From contig CAVZMH010000001.1 in assembly GCA_963776345.1 (NCBI GenBank), positions 1 through 64,000 on the forward strand: 64,000 nt of DNA. The letters are read 5' to 3'. Positions 28,619 to 39,184 of this stretch are shown piece after piece (the first letter of the stretch is position 1; the number at the start of each line of letters is the position of its first letter). The DNA is from an uncultured delta proteobacterium. GTDB taxonomy: Bacteria; Myxococcota; Myxococcia; Myxococcales; Myxococcaceae. The notes below the pieces were generated by a model, which ran no database searches, had not been told where the DNA came from, and saw only the letters and a list, made by a program, of their open reading frames with translations. Both the position numbers and the translations under genes were made by a program.

Positions 28619-29257
28619 TCAGTAAGGAACGTACGTCGCCCGCTTCCGGTCGACGAACTTCCGCACGCTCGGCCGCGACCAGACCGCGTCCACGAAGCGC
28701 TGCACCTTGTCCCCCAGCGGGTGACCGCTCTTGCCCAGCCGCTGGAGCATCAGGGTCAGGTCGGCGTCGGCGATGCTGAACTTGCCGAAGAGGGAGGTCG
28801 CGCCGGGCGCGAGGAGCGCGTCCGCCGCGGCGAGCAGCTTGGCGGCGGCCTGCTGCGCCCTGGGGGTGAGCGGCTCGGTCGCCGGCGCGTAGAAGATGGT
28901 GTCGGCCGAGCGTTCCTCGCGGATGGGCATCAGGTCGCTCCGCACCCAGGCCATCACCTGCCGGGCGCGGGCGCGCTGCTGGACGTCCTCGGGGAAGAGG
29001 CGGGGAGTGCCCGGGAACGCGTCCTCGAGGTACTCGGCGATCGCGCTCGACTCGGAGAGGTAGAAGTCCCGGTACCGGAGCATCGGCACCCGCGCGGTCA
29101 GCGAGCGCCGGGCGTACTCCGGCGCGCGGGACTCGGCCTTGTGCATCGCCACCTCCTGCACCTCGTACGCGAGCTGCTTCTCCTCCAGCGCCACGAACGA
29201 CGAGAAGGCGTAGGGACTGATCCAGAACGCATCCACCCAGAGGGTCAGGTCGGGCAT
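28619..29257 (-). CDS. yfcF: Glutathione S-transferase (YfcF-like)
   Basis: SPYAFSSFVALEEK, SLTARVP, LSESSAIAEYL, RARARQVMAWVRSDL, SIADADL. Confidence 0.8.
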   Translation of the reverse strand: MPDLTLWVDAFWISPYAFSSFVALEEKQLAYEVQEVAMHKAESRAPEYARRSLTARVPMLRYRDFYLSESSAIAEYLEDAFPGTPRLFPEDVQQRARARQVMAWVRSDLMPIREERSADTIFYAPATEPLTPRAQQAAAKLLAAADALLAPGATSLFGKFSIADADLTLMLQRLGKSGHPLGDKVQRFVDAVWSRPSVRKFVDRKRATYVPY

Positions 29258-29299
29258 GCGCGGACCGTCTCACGTCGCCCGGGATGCTGGCCATCACAG

Positions 29300-32200
29300 T
29301 CAGGCAGCGGCGGCCGGCGCGAGCTGTGCGCGGGCCTCCGTGGTCGCCGGGGCCGGCTCCACCTCGACCTCGGGCGCGAGCAGCTCGTACACCACCGGCG
29401 TCACCAGCCGGGTGAGCAAGGTGGAGCTGAGCAGGCCTCCGATGATGACCCAGGCCAGCGGCGAGTAGAGCGAGGAGTTCTCCAGCGCCAGCGGCAGGAG
29501 GCCTCCCAGCGCCGTGGCGGTGGTGAGGAGGATGGGGATGAACCGCGTCTTCCCCGCCTGCTCGATGGCCTCGCGCAGCCCCACGCCCTTCGCCCGGAGC
29601 TGGTTGGTGAAGTCCACCAGGAGGATGGAGTTCTTCACCTCGATGCCGATCAGGGCGATGAAGCCGATCGCCGCGGTGAAGCTGAGCGTGTTCCCGGTGA
29701 GGCCGAGCGCCAGCACCCCGCCGATGATGCCCAGGGGGATGACCGAGGCCACGATGGCGGTACTCTTGAAGGTGCGGAACTCGAGCACCAGCACCGCGAG
29801 CACGCCGAACGCGGCGACGATGATCGCCGAGCCGAGCCCGCCGAAGCTCTCCTGCCGGCTCTCGTACTCGCCCGCGGGCACGATGCGGTAGCCCGGCGGG
29901 AGCTTCACGCTCGCCACCTTCGCCAGCACCGCGCGGGTCACCTTGTCGGTGTTGAAGCCGGGGAGCACGTCGGAGGTGACGGTGACGCTCCGCTCCTTGT
30001 TGTAGTGGTTGATGGTGGTGGGCGAGCCCTCGAGCTCCAGATGGGAGAGCTGGCCCAGCGGCACCTGTCCGCCGAGCGCGCTGGTCAGGTAGACCCGGTC
30101 CAGCGCGTCGAGGCTCGGCCGGTCGTCGGCCCGGGGCAGCATCACGACAATCTTGTACGCCTCGTCCACCTGGCCCTCGGCGCGGTAGCGGCCCACCTCC
30201 AGGCCGGCCAGCCCCATCCGGACGCTCCGGTCGACATCGACCAGCGGCACGCCCTGGAGCCCCGCCTTGTCGCGGTCGATGGTCACCCGGAGGTCCGCCT
30301 TCCGCTCGGTGCTGGGATTGCGGACGTAGGTGGTCCCCGGAGTCTCGAGCAGCAGCGTCTCCACCTCGGCGGCGATCGGCTCGAGCACGTCGAGGCGCTC
30401 GCCGATGACCCGGAGCGCGACCGGCGCGTCGAGCGGCGGGCCGTTCTCGAACTCCTTCAGCTCGATCTTCGCGCCGGGATAGCCCCCGAAGCGGCCCCGG
30501 AGCTCGGCGATCAGCCGCGCCAGTTTCTGCGGCTGAAGGTCGGCGACGGTGACGAAGACCTCGGCCACGTTCGACTTCTGGTTCTTCGGCGACACGTTGT
30601 AGTAGATGCGCGGATTCCCCTGGCCGACGTTGGCCATCACCGCGCGGACCTCGCGGCGGCCGGCGAGCTGGGCCTCCACGAAGCGCACCGCCTGGTCGGT
30701 CGCGCCGAGGCTGCTCCCGTCCGGGGTCTCCACCATCACCATGAACTGCGGCAGCCCGGCCTTGGGGAAGAGGCTGAAGCCGATGACCGGCACCAGCGCC
30801 ACGCTCCCGGCGAAGAGCGCCGCGGCCACGCCCACCGTCAGCCAGGGACGGGCCAGCGCGCCGTGCAGGAGCCGCCGGTACGACAGATCCACCGCCCGGT
30901 TCAGCGTCCGGAGGAACCAGTTGCCCTCCGGGTGCTCCTCCTTGCGGAGCATCAGGCTGGAGAGGAAGGGGATGATGGTGAGCGAGACGAACAGCGAGGC
31001 CAGGATGGTGAACACCACCGCCATCGGCATGCTGCGGATGAAGAGGCCCGGCGCGCCGGGGAGGAAGAGCGAGCGGGAGGAAGGCGAAGATCAGCGTCGC
31101 GGTGCACCCGAGCACCGACACGCCGATCTGCCGCGTCGCCTCCACCGCGGCCTCGGTCCGCGTGTGCCCCTCGCGGAGGAAGCGGGTGATGTTCTCCACC
31201 ACGACGATCGAGTCGTCCACCAGGAGCCCGAGGGCGATGACGAAGCCCACGATGCTCAGCTGGTTGATGCTGAACCCGGTGAGGTGCAGCGCCGCCACCC
31301 CGATCGCCAGCGAGAGCGGGATGGAGATCATCACCACCAGCGCCGCGCGCCAGCCCAGCGGGAGCAGGGTGAGCAGCACCAGGGCGATGGCCAGCCCGAA
31401 GTCGCGGAGGAACCCGTCCAGCCGGTGGGCGACGTTGCGCGCCTGATCGAACCCCACCTCGAGGCGCACCGACCCCGGAAGCTCGCCCCGGAAGTCGGAG
31501 AGCTGCCGCTCCAGCCCTTGCCGCACCTGGAAGATGTTCTGCCCGTCGCGCTGGGCCACGGTGACGAACACCGCGCGCCGCCCGTCGAAGCGGCCGAGGT
31601 GCGTCGACTCGGCGTCCCGGAGCTCCACCTGGGCCACGTCGCGCAGCCGGACCAGCGCATCGCCCCGGGCGGTCACCACCGTGTCCTCCACCTGGGCGAC
31701 CGAGGCGTAGTCGCCGCTGGTCTTCACGTTGAACTTGCGCTTGCCCACGTCCACGCTCCCCGCGGGGATGTTGGCGTTGGTGGTCTGGATGGCGGAGATC
31801 ACTTGCGGCGGAGTGATGCCCAGCGCCGCCAGCCGCTCGAGGTCCAGCGCCACCCGGACCTCCTGCGCCGGGTAGGCCCAGCGTGCGGCGTCCTTCGTCC
31901 CGGGCACCGTGTCCAGCCGCTTCTTCAACCGGTCGGCCAATTCCTGAAGGCTGAGGTACGAGGCGGTGTCCGAGACCAGCGCCACCTGGAGGATGTTCAC
32001 GTTCGAGGCGTTGAACTTCTTCACCTCGATGCTCTGGAGGTCGGCGGGAAGGGTGGGGCGGAGCGCGTTCAGCTCGCGCAGCACGTCGTCGTACTTGCGG
32101 TCGGGATCCGTGCCGGCGTTGAACTCGATGCTCAGGACCGCCAGGCCGTCGCTCATCTCGGACTTGAGCGTCTTCACCTCGTCCAGCGCCTTGAGCTTGG

Positions 32201-32405
32201 CCTCGATGGGGTCGACGACCAGCTTCTCGAGGTCGGTGGGCACCGCGCCCGGGTAGACGACGGCGATGGCGAAGTTGGGGTAGGGGAAGCTCGGGTCCTC
32301 GGACTTGGGAATGCTCAGGAGCGACGAGCCGCCGAGCGCGGCGAGCATCCCGAAGACGACGACGGTGAACTGCCAGCGGCGGACGGAGAAGGCGGCGAGA
32401 CCCAC
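29300..32405 (-). CDS. RND efflux permease (AcrB/CzcA family), frameshift near 31070
   Basis: GLLVDDSIVVVENI in the N-terminal frame; IEVKNSILLVDF and RFIPILLTT in the C-terminal frame. Confidence 0.88.
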
Positions 32406-32413
32406 GGCCGGCC

Positions 32414-33454
32414 TCACTGGACCCGCGCCACGGGCAGGCCCGGGCGGAGATAGGGAGCGCCGTCGGTCACCACCTCGGTGACCTGATCCAGGCCCTGGAG
32501 CACCGCGACGCGCGGGCCCTCGATGAAGCCGATGGTCACCGGCACCCGGCGGGCCCGGTTGTCCCCGGCGGAGACCGTGTACACGGCGGCGCTCCGCCCG
32601 CTGCCCTCGACCAGCGCCTCGACCGGCACCGCCCACAGCTCGGGCGGCGCGCCGGGGACGATCTCCACCTTGGCCACCAGCCCCGAGAGGAGGGTGGAGC
32701 CCGCCGCCTCCACCGCCACCTCCACCTCGAAGGTGCCGGTCTGCGGCGAGGCCCCGCCGGCGATCTGGGTCACCCGGGCGGAGAAGGTCCGGTCGGGGAA
32801 GGCGTCGAAGCGGACGGTGGCCAGGTCCCCCAGCCGCACCTGCACCGCGTCGCGGTCGCTCAGGCCGAGCTTCACCACCCAGCCCCGGGTGGCGCCGCGC
32901 ACCAGCAGCACCGGCGTCCCGGCGCCAACCTGCTCGTGCGCCTCGACCAGCCGGCGCTGCACCTGCCCGTCGTCCGGCGCCCGCAGCTCGGAGACCACCC
33001 GGGCGTGGCGGGCCTGGCGGAGAGAGGCCCGGGCCAGCTCGACCGCGGTCTCGGCGTCCTGGAGGCTGACCCGGGCGACCGCCCCCGCAGAGGCGAGCCG
33101 CTCGATGCGCGCCCGGTCCCGCTCCGCCTTCTCGTAGGCCGCGTTCGCCTGGACCAGCGCCGCGTCGGCGTCGAGCGTGTCGAGGGTGGCGAGGACCTGG
33201 CCACGCCGGACCGTCTGGCCCTCGCGGACCAGGATGCGGTCCACGGTGCCGCCGCTCCGGAAGGCGAGCGCCATCTCCTGCTTGCCCCCGAGGCGACCCG
33301 CGGCGCGGATCGGCCGGAGCACCTTCTCCCGGACGACCGGCGCAGTCCGGACGGCGATGGGGGCCGGAGTGGCCGGGGCAGCCGGCGGCCTGGTGCAGCC
33401 GGCGAGCAGGGAGAACAGACCGAGGAAAAGCAGCGCGACACGGCGGACGGACAT
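32414..33454 (-). CDS. RND periplasmic adaptor (MFP) lipoprotein
   Basis: LLAGC lipobox; lipoyl-like GGTVDRILVREGQTVRRGQVLA, LRAPDDG, TGTFEVEV. Confidence 0.9.
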   Translation of the reverse strand: MSVRRVALLFLGLFSLLAGCTRPPAAPATPAPIAVRTAPVVREKVLRPIRAAGRLGGKQEMALAFRSGGTVDRILVREGQTVRRGQVLATLDTLDADAALVQANAAYEKAERDRARIERLASAGAVARVSLQDAETAVELARASLRQARHARVVSELRAPDDGQVQRRLVEAHEQVGAGTPVLLVRGATRGWVVKLGLSDRDAVQVRLGDLATVRFDAFPDRTFSARVTQIAGGASPQTGTFEVEVAVEAAGSTLLSGLVAKVEIVPGAPPELWAVPVEALVEGSGRSAAVYTVSAGDNRARRVPVTIGFIEGPRVAVLQGLDQVTEVVTDGAPYLRPGLPVARVQ

Positions 33455-33486
33455 GCCCGACCTCCTGAATGTGGCTGGTGGTAACT

Positions 33487-33506
33487 CTGGATGTGTCCAG
33501 CGTCAA
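33487..33506 (-). promoter_or_regulatory. Possible -35 (TTGACG) with an adjacent palindromic operator upstream of the RND operon
   Basis: CTGGA-TGTG-TCCAG palindrome at 33487-33500, immediately 3' of TTGACG on the minus strand. Confidence 0.3.
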
Positions 33507-33656
33507 CTTGAGATGTCGACGGGACGCAAGCTCCCGAGATCACGGGCCGCTCGCGCCGAGGTCGGGCCGATGAGGCTTTCAGGTGCCGGGTGATGTCATG
33601 GGCGCGCGTCCCGGGCGCTCGTTCTCGCCCGGGTGACGCCGGGACCCTTGTCGCCC

Positions 33657-34121
33657 TCAGCCGGGCTGCGCGCGGCCGGAGTAGACGCGGAGGATGAGGA
33701 GCTCGAGCGTGTCCTTCGGGCGCTCCACCACCACGGAGTCGCCGGCCGAGCGCCCGAGCAGGGCCGCGCCGAGCGGCGAATCGACCCGCACCCAGCCCCG
33801 GGCCGCGTCCGCCTCGTCGCCACCCACCAGCCGCAGCTCGCGCCGGCTGCCGTCCGCATCCTCCACCTCGAGGTAGGCGCCGAGCACTGCCCGTCCGTCG
33901 GCGCCCGCATCGGGGGCGGCCGGCACCGCCCGCTCGAGCAGCACATCCAGCGCGCGGCGACGCTCGTCAGCGCCCGGCGCGTCGGTACCCTCCAGGGCCG
34001 CACGCTCGCGCAGCAGGCGGGCGTGCCCGTCGGCCGTCAGCGGACGTGGGCCCACCGGGCCACGGCGCCCGGGCAGCGGCGGGGGCACCACGTCGTCCTC
34101 TCGGGTGAACGCCTTGCTCAT
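33657..34121 (-). CDS. GreA/GreB family protein (short form)
   Basis: MSKAFTRED, LTADG, VGGDEADAARGWV..DSPLGAALLG..AGDSV. Confidence 0.85.
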   Translation of the reverse strand: MSKAFTREDDVVPPPLPGRRGPVGPRPLTADGHARLLRERAALEGTDAPGADERRRALDVLLERAVPAAPDAGADGRAVLGAYLEVEDADGSRRELRLVGGDEADAARGWVRVDSPLGAALLGRSAGDSVVVERPKDTLELLILRVYSGRAQPG

Positions 34122-34193
34122 GGGGCGTGGGGAACGGTGCGCCTCCTCCAGCAGCCGAGTCAACGAGGGTAGACTCCCCGTGACGAGCACCCC

Positions 34194-35354
34194 ATGACGC
34201 TGGATCCGATCGCGCTGGCCGTTCCGTTCTTCTTCCTCCTCATCGGGCTGGAGCTGCTCGTCGCGCGTGTCCGGCACCGGCGCGTCTACCGCTTCACCGA
34301 CAGCTTCTCCGACCTGGGCTGCGGGGTGACCCAGCGGGTGGTCCTGCTCCTCTTCGAGGCCGCGCTCCTCGCCGGCTACGCCTTCGTCCATGCGCACGCC
34401 CGGCTGTGGACCTTCGCCCCGGGGAGCGTCTGGCCCTGGGTCATCGCCATCGTGGGGGTGGACCTCGGCTACTACTGGTGGCACCGCCTCTCGCACGAGG
34501 TGAACGTCCTGTGGGCGGTGCACGCCGTGCATCACCAGAGCGAGGACTACAACCTCGCGGTCGCGCTCCGACAGGCGGTGCTCTCGCCGCTGACGGTGAT
34601 GCCCTTCTACCTGCCGCTGGCGGTGCTCGGCGTCCCGCTCACCGTCTTCTTCATCGTCAACGCGCTCAGCACGCTCTACCAGTTCTGGATCCACACCGAG
34701 CTGGTGGACCGGATGGGCGCGCTGGAGAAGGTGGTGAACACCCCCTCGCTCCACCGGGTCCACCACGCGGTGAACCCCGAGTACCTGGACCGGAACTACG
34801 CCGCGACCTTCATCCTCTGGGACCAGCTCTTCGGAACGCTGCGCCGAGAGGAGGCGCCACCGGTGTACGGGGTCAGCCACCCGCTCCGGAGCTTCGATCC
34901 GGTCTGGGCGCAGGTGCAGCCGCTCTGGGGGCTGGTGCAGGCCGTGCGGCGCGCGCCGTCGCCGGGCCAGGCGCTCCGTTTCCTCCTCGCCTCGCCGGCC
35001 TGGCACCCGGATTGGCTCGGTCCGGCCACGCCGCGGCGCGGGGTCGACCCCGAGGCGCTGCCCAAGTTCGACGTGCAGCCCGGTCGGCAGCGGACCTGGT
35101 ACGTCGGCGCCCAGCTCACGCTGATCATCGTCGTCGCCTTCGCCCTCCTCACCTGGCACCAGGCGCTCTCCTTCACCGCGCTGGCCACCGCGGTGGCCTG
35201 GGTCCTGGTCTCGCTCGTCGCCGGGGCCGCACTGCTCGAGGGCCGGCGGTGGGCGGTGGGGCTGGAGATGGCCCGGATGGGCCTGCTCGCCGGGGCGGTG
35301 GCGATGGTGCTCCTGGTCCCGTCGCTCGGGCCGGTGCTGTTCGCGAGCCGCTGA
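34194..35354 (+). CDS. Sterol desaturase family, alkylglycerol monooxygenase-like
   Basis: YYWWHRLSH, HAVHHQSEDYNL.VALRQ, YQFWIHTE, HRVHHA, WDQLFGT. Confidence 0.9.
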   Translation: MTLDPIALAVPFFFLLIGLELLVARVRHRRVYRFTDSFSDLGCGVTQRVVLLLFEAALLAGYAFVHAHARLWTFAPGSVWPWVIAIVGVDLGYYWWHRLSHEVNVLWAVHAVHHQSEDYNLAVALRQAVLSPLTVMPFYLPLAVLGVPLTVFFIVNALSTLYQFWIHTELVDRMGALEKVVNTPSLHRVHHAVNPEYLDRNYAATFILWDQLFGTLRREEAPPVYGVSHPLRSFDPVWAQVQPLWGLVQAVRRAPSPGQALRFLLASPAWHPDWLGPATPRRGVDPEALPKFDVQPGRQRTWYVGAQLTLIIVVAFALLTWHQALSFTALATAVAWVLVSLVAGAALLEGRRWAVGLEMARMGLLAGAVAMVLLVPSLGPVLFASR

Positions 35355-35478
35355 CCGCGACGTCAATCGCAACGCCGCGGCGCCGGCGCGCCTTCGCCGT
35401 CGGTGCTTGACACTCGCGCCGGCGCCCGGGGACGCTCGCGCGCTCCTCGCAGCTCGCATCCTTGCCGGGAGGGCCGAG

Positions 35479-36717
35479 ATGGGGACCAGGCGGCAGTTCC
35501 TGAAGGACCTCGCCGGTGGCGCAGCGCTGATCGGCTCGGGTGCGCTGCTGCCGTCGCTGGCCCGCGCGGCGGAGGCGACGTCGGTCGGCCCGGCCACCCT
35601 CCCTCCCGGCACGCTCGAGACGTCGTTTCTGGAGACGCTCCCGGGGAAGAGGCCGCTCATCAAGCGGACCTACCGTCCGCCGAACTTCGAGACCCCGCTC
35701 GAGGTCTTCGGCCAGATCTTCACCCCCAACGACGCCTTCTTCGTCCGCTATCACCTTGCGCGCATCCCGGAGGTGGCCGCGGCCGACTGGAAGCTGGAGA
35801 TCGGCGGCGACTCGGTGGAGAAGCCCTTCACCCTCGATCTCCCGTCGCTGCAGCGCGACTTCGAGCAGGTCGAGCTCGCCGCGGTCTGCCAGTGCTCGGG
35901 CAACCGCCGCGGCCTCTCCGACCCCCACGTGGCCGGCGTCGAGTGGGGCGTCGGGGCGATGGGCAACGCGCGCTGGAAGGGCGTTCGCCTGAAGGACGTG
36001 CTCGCCAGGGCCGCACCGAAGAAGGAGGCGCTGGAGGTGGTCTTCAACGGCGCCGACCACGGCTCGCTCGAGGCCACCCCGGACTTCATGAAGTGCATCC
36101 CCGTCTGGAAGGCGCTCGACGAGAACACGCTGCTCGCCTGGCAGATGAACGGCGAGCCACTCCCGCACTGGAACGGCGCACCGGTGCGGGTCGTCGTCCC
36201 CGGATGGACCGCGACCTACTGGATGAAGCACGTCATCTCCATCCAGGTCGTCTCCCAGCCCTTCAAGAACTTCTGGATGTCCACCGCCTACCGGATCCCC
36301 AAGGGGAAGTTCCCGGTCGTCGATCGCTTCCTCTCGCAGGAGACGGAGGTCAACACGCCGATCACCGACATGGTGGTGAACTCGCTCCTCACCAGCCCCC
36401 GCGAAGGCCAGCGGTTCCGCCCCGGGCAGCCGGTCGAGGTGAAGGGCATCGCCTGGGACAACGGCAGCGGCATCCGGACGGTCGAGGTCTCCGCCGACGA
36501 AGGCCGCAGCTGGCAGACGGCGACGCTGGACCAGGACCTCGGGCGCTTCTCGTTCCGCGGCTTTCGCCACGCGTTCAAGGCCGGCGCCAAGGGAGAGGTC
36601 TCGGTCCTCGCCAAGGCCACCAACCGCATGGGGGCCTCCCAGGCCTTCGAGCTGGTCTTCAATCCCGCCGGCTACCACAACAACGTCGTCTCCCGGGTCA
36701 CGGTCCGGGTCGGATAG
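35479..36717 (+). CDS. Sulfite oxidase-family molybdoenzyme (SorA-like), Tat-exported
   Basis: TRRQFLK Tat motif, FFVRYH, CSGNRR, GAMGNARW, WNGAPVRVVVPG. Confidence 0.9.
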   Translation: MGTRRQFLKDLAGGAALIGSGALLPSLARAAEATSVGPATLPPGTLETSFLETLPGKRPLIKRTYRPPNFETPLEVFGQIFTPNDAFFVRYHLARIPEVAAADWKLEIGGDSVEKPFTLDLPSLQRDFEQVELAAVCQCSGNRRGLSDPHVAGVEWGVGAMGNARWKGVRLKDVLARAAPKKEALEVVFNGADHGSLEATPDFMKCIPVWKALDENTLLAWQMNGEPLPHWNGAPVRVVVPGWTATYWMKHVISIQVVSQPFKNFWMSTAYRIPKGKFPVVDRFLSQETEVNTPITDMVVNSLLTSPREGQRFRPGQPVEVKGIAWDNGSGIRTVEVSADEGRSWQTATLDQDLGRFSFRGFRHAFKAGAKGEVSVLAKATNRMGASQAFELVFNPAGYHNNVVSRVTVRVG

Positions 36718-36727
36718 GGGCACCCCG

Positions 36728-37006
36728 ATGACCGCGCTGCTCGTCCTCGCCCTCCTCTCCTCCTCGCCGGCGTACCCCGACGAGAACCGGGTCCAGCTCA
36801 AGGAGGGCCCGGCCCGGGACCTGGTGCTCGGCCGATGCGCCGCCTGCCACAGCCAGGACTACATCCCCATGAACTCGCCGTTCCTGGACCGCAAGGGCTG
36901 GGAGGCCGAGGTCAACAAGATGGTCAAGGTGTTCGGCGCGCCGATGGAGCCCGAGGAGCTGACGAGGGTCGTCGATTACCTCGCCACCAACTACGGGAAG
37001 AAGTAG
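36728..37006 (+). CDS. Monoheme cytochrome c (SorB-like)
   Basis: Signal peptide, CAACHSQDYI, WEAEVNKM.KVFGAP. Confidence 0.88.
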   Translation: MTALLVLALLSSSPAYPDENRVQLKEGPARDLVLGRCAACHSQDYIPMNSPFLDRKGWEAEVNKMVKVFGAPMEPEELTRVVDYLATNYGKK

Positions 37007-37214
37007 CGCCCGCTCGCCGGAACGGTGATGCGGGCTAACGTCGAGACCACTTGGATCGACCGGATGATCGCGCCGCAATCGCGGCCGAGGCCTAGGAGCG
37101 ACGACGGAGCGTGGCCGTCGTCACGTGACGGAGGAGCGACGCGGCGATCGGGCCGCGAGGGCAAGCGAGGGACGGATCGATCCAAGTGGTTTCGGCGTTA
37201 GGTTCGGTCCGAAG

Positions 37215-38264
37215 ATGGACCCCACCCGCCTCGACGGCTCGCAGATCTTCTCCTGGATCCTGGTGGGGCTGGCGCTGGCCCTGCTCTGGGCCATCCTCCA
37301 GCCGTTCTGGAGCGCGCTGCTCCTGGCGGCGGTGCTGGCCGGCGTCTTCTCGGGCCTCCAGCCACGGCTCGCGGGACGGCTCGGGGGTCGCGCGGGGATC
37401 GCCGCGGGGCTGCTGACCCTGCTGGTGCTGCTGGCCATCGTGCTCCCCTTCGGCGCGATCCTCGGGATCCTGGCCAGAGAGCTCCTCCAGGTCATCGACT
37501 CGGTCCGCTCGAGTCTGCAAGAAAGCGGCGTCTCGGGGCTCGTCCACCGACTGCCCGTGCCGCTCCAGGCGCTGGCCGAGCGCGCCGTGCAGGCAGCCGG
37601 GGGCGGGCAGAGCTGGGTGCAGATGGTCCAGTCACAGAGCGGGAGGGCCGCCACTGCGGCGCGCGCCCTCCTCTCCGCGACCTCGCACGCGGTGGTCGAG
37701 GCGGTGCTGATGCTCATCGCCTTCTACTTCCTCCTCCTCGACGGGCACCGGCTGGTGGGCTGGCTGGAGCGAATGGCGCCGCTTCCCCCGGGTCGCTTCC
37801 GCAGCTTCCTCTCCGAGTTCCGGAACGTCTCCCGCGCGGTGGTGGTCTCCATCGTCGGGACGGCCGCGGTGCAGGCCACCGCGGCGCTGGTGGGCTACCT
37901 CATCGCCGGGGTGCCCAACGCCATCCTCTTCACCCTGCTGACCTTCTTCATGTCCTTCATTCCCTCGGTGGGGGCGGCCAGCGTGCCGCTGCTGCTCTCG
38001 GTGGTGCTCTTCTTCCAGGGCCGGACCGGGTGGGGCGTCTTCCTCGTGCTCTGGGCCATCCTGGTGGTGGGGCTGATCGACAACGTGGTGAAGCCGCTGC
38101 TGATCAAGGGCGGGGTGGAGATGCACGGGGCGGTGGTCTTCTTCGCGCTGCTCGGGGGCCTGGCGGCGTTCGGGCCGGTGGGGCTCATCGCCGGCCCGCT
38201 GGTGGTCGCCTTCTTCATCGCCATCAGCCGGGCCTCGGCGCGACCGGACGCGCCGCCGGGCTGA
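37215..38264 (+). CDS. AI-2E family transporter
   Basis: FYFLLLDG, IPSVG, IDNVVKPLL, GGLAAFGPVGLIAGP. Confidence 0.92.
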   Translation: MDPTRLDGSQIFSWILVGLALALLWAILQPFWSALLLAAVLAGVFSGLQPRLAGRLGGRAGIAAGLLTLLVLLAIVLPFGAILGILARELLQVIDSVRSSLQESGVSGLVHRLPVPLQALAERAVQAAGGGQSWVQMVQSQSGRAATAARALLSATSHAVVEAVLMLIAFYFLLLDGHRLVGWLERMAPLPPGRFRSFLSEFRNVSRAVVVSIVGTAAVQATAALVGYLIAGVPNAILFTLLTFFMSFIPSVGAASVPLLLSVVLFFQGRTGWGVFLVLWAILVVGLIDNVVKPLLIKGGVEMHGAVVFFALLGGLAAFGPVGLIAGPLVVAFFIAISRASARPDAPPG

Positions 38265-38279
38265 GGGTCGAGCGGGGCG

Positions 38280-39086
38280 TCACCCCTGGGCGTCGAGGAA
38301 GGTGCGCAGCGCCGCGGTCACCGCCTCGGGGGCGTCGATGGGCGACATGTGCCCCGCGCGCGGGATGCGCACCAGCCGCGCGCCGGCGATGCCCGCGGCG
38401 ATCTCCGCCGATCGCGCGGGCACCGTCGCCGTGTCCTCCTCGCCCACCAGCACCAGGGTGGGGCAGCGGATCCGCGAGAGCAGCGACAGCACGCTCTCCC
38501 GCTGGAGCACGCCCTCCACCGCCCGCGGCATCGCCCGCCGATCGAGCGCCAGAAGATGCTCCCGCCAGGCGCGCAGGTCCGCGGCCCGGGCGGGATCGCT
38601 CCGTGCGCTCGCCCCGTGCATGATGGCCTGCACCTGCCCCACCACCGGCCGCATCCCGATCCAGCGCGCGACCCACTCCAGCCGGCGGTAGCGCGGCAGG
38701 TTCTTCGCCGGCTCCGGTCCGGCCGAGGTGTCGAGCAGCGCGAGCGAGCGCACCAGCTCCGGACGGCGCGCCGCGAGCCGCATCCCCACGAAGCCGCCCA
38801 TCGACAGGCCGACGAAGTGCACGGGGGCGATGCCGAGCGACTCCACCAGCCCGGCCGCGTCCTCGGCCAGGGTGTCCATGTCCAGACCGGAGACCGGCTT
38901 CGCGCTCTCGCCCTGACCGCGGTGGTCGTACGCGAGGCAACGGTATCGCCCGCGGAGCGCCGCGACCTGCGCGTCCCACATCCGCCGCGAGTAGAGCAGG
39001 CCGTGGGAAAAGAGCACCGTCGGGCCCTGTCCTCCGGCGTCGTCCACCGCGAGCTCCACACCGTTGCAGCGGATGCCAGTCGCCAT
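38280..39086 (-). CDS. Alpha/beta hydrolase (enol-lactonase-like)
   Basis: SHGL, DHRGQG, GLSMGG, GEED, AGH. Confidence 0.9.
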   Translation of the reverse strand: MATGIRCNGVELAVDDAGGQGPTVLFSHGLLYSRRMWDAQVAALRGRYRCLAYDHRGQGESAKPVSGLDMDTLAEDAAGLVESLGIAPVHFVGLSMGGFVGMRLAARRPELVRSLALLDTSAGPEPAKNLPRYRRLEWVARWIGMRPVVGQVQAIMHGASARSDPARAADLRAWREHLLALDRRAMPRAVEGVLQRESVLSLLSRIRCPTLVLVGEEDTATVPARSAEIAAGIAGARLVRIPRAGHMSPIDAPEAVTAALRTFLDAQG

Positions 39087-39184
39087 GGGGCGGTAGGCTA
39101 GACGCTCGCCTCGCCGCCGTGGTCGGTGAATAGCGCGCCCGGACAGGGCGTCTCGCCACCAGGCAAGGAAGGACGGAACCGACG

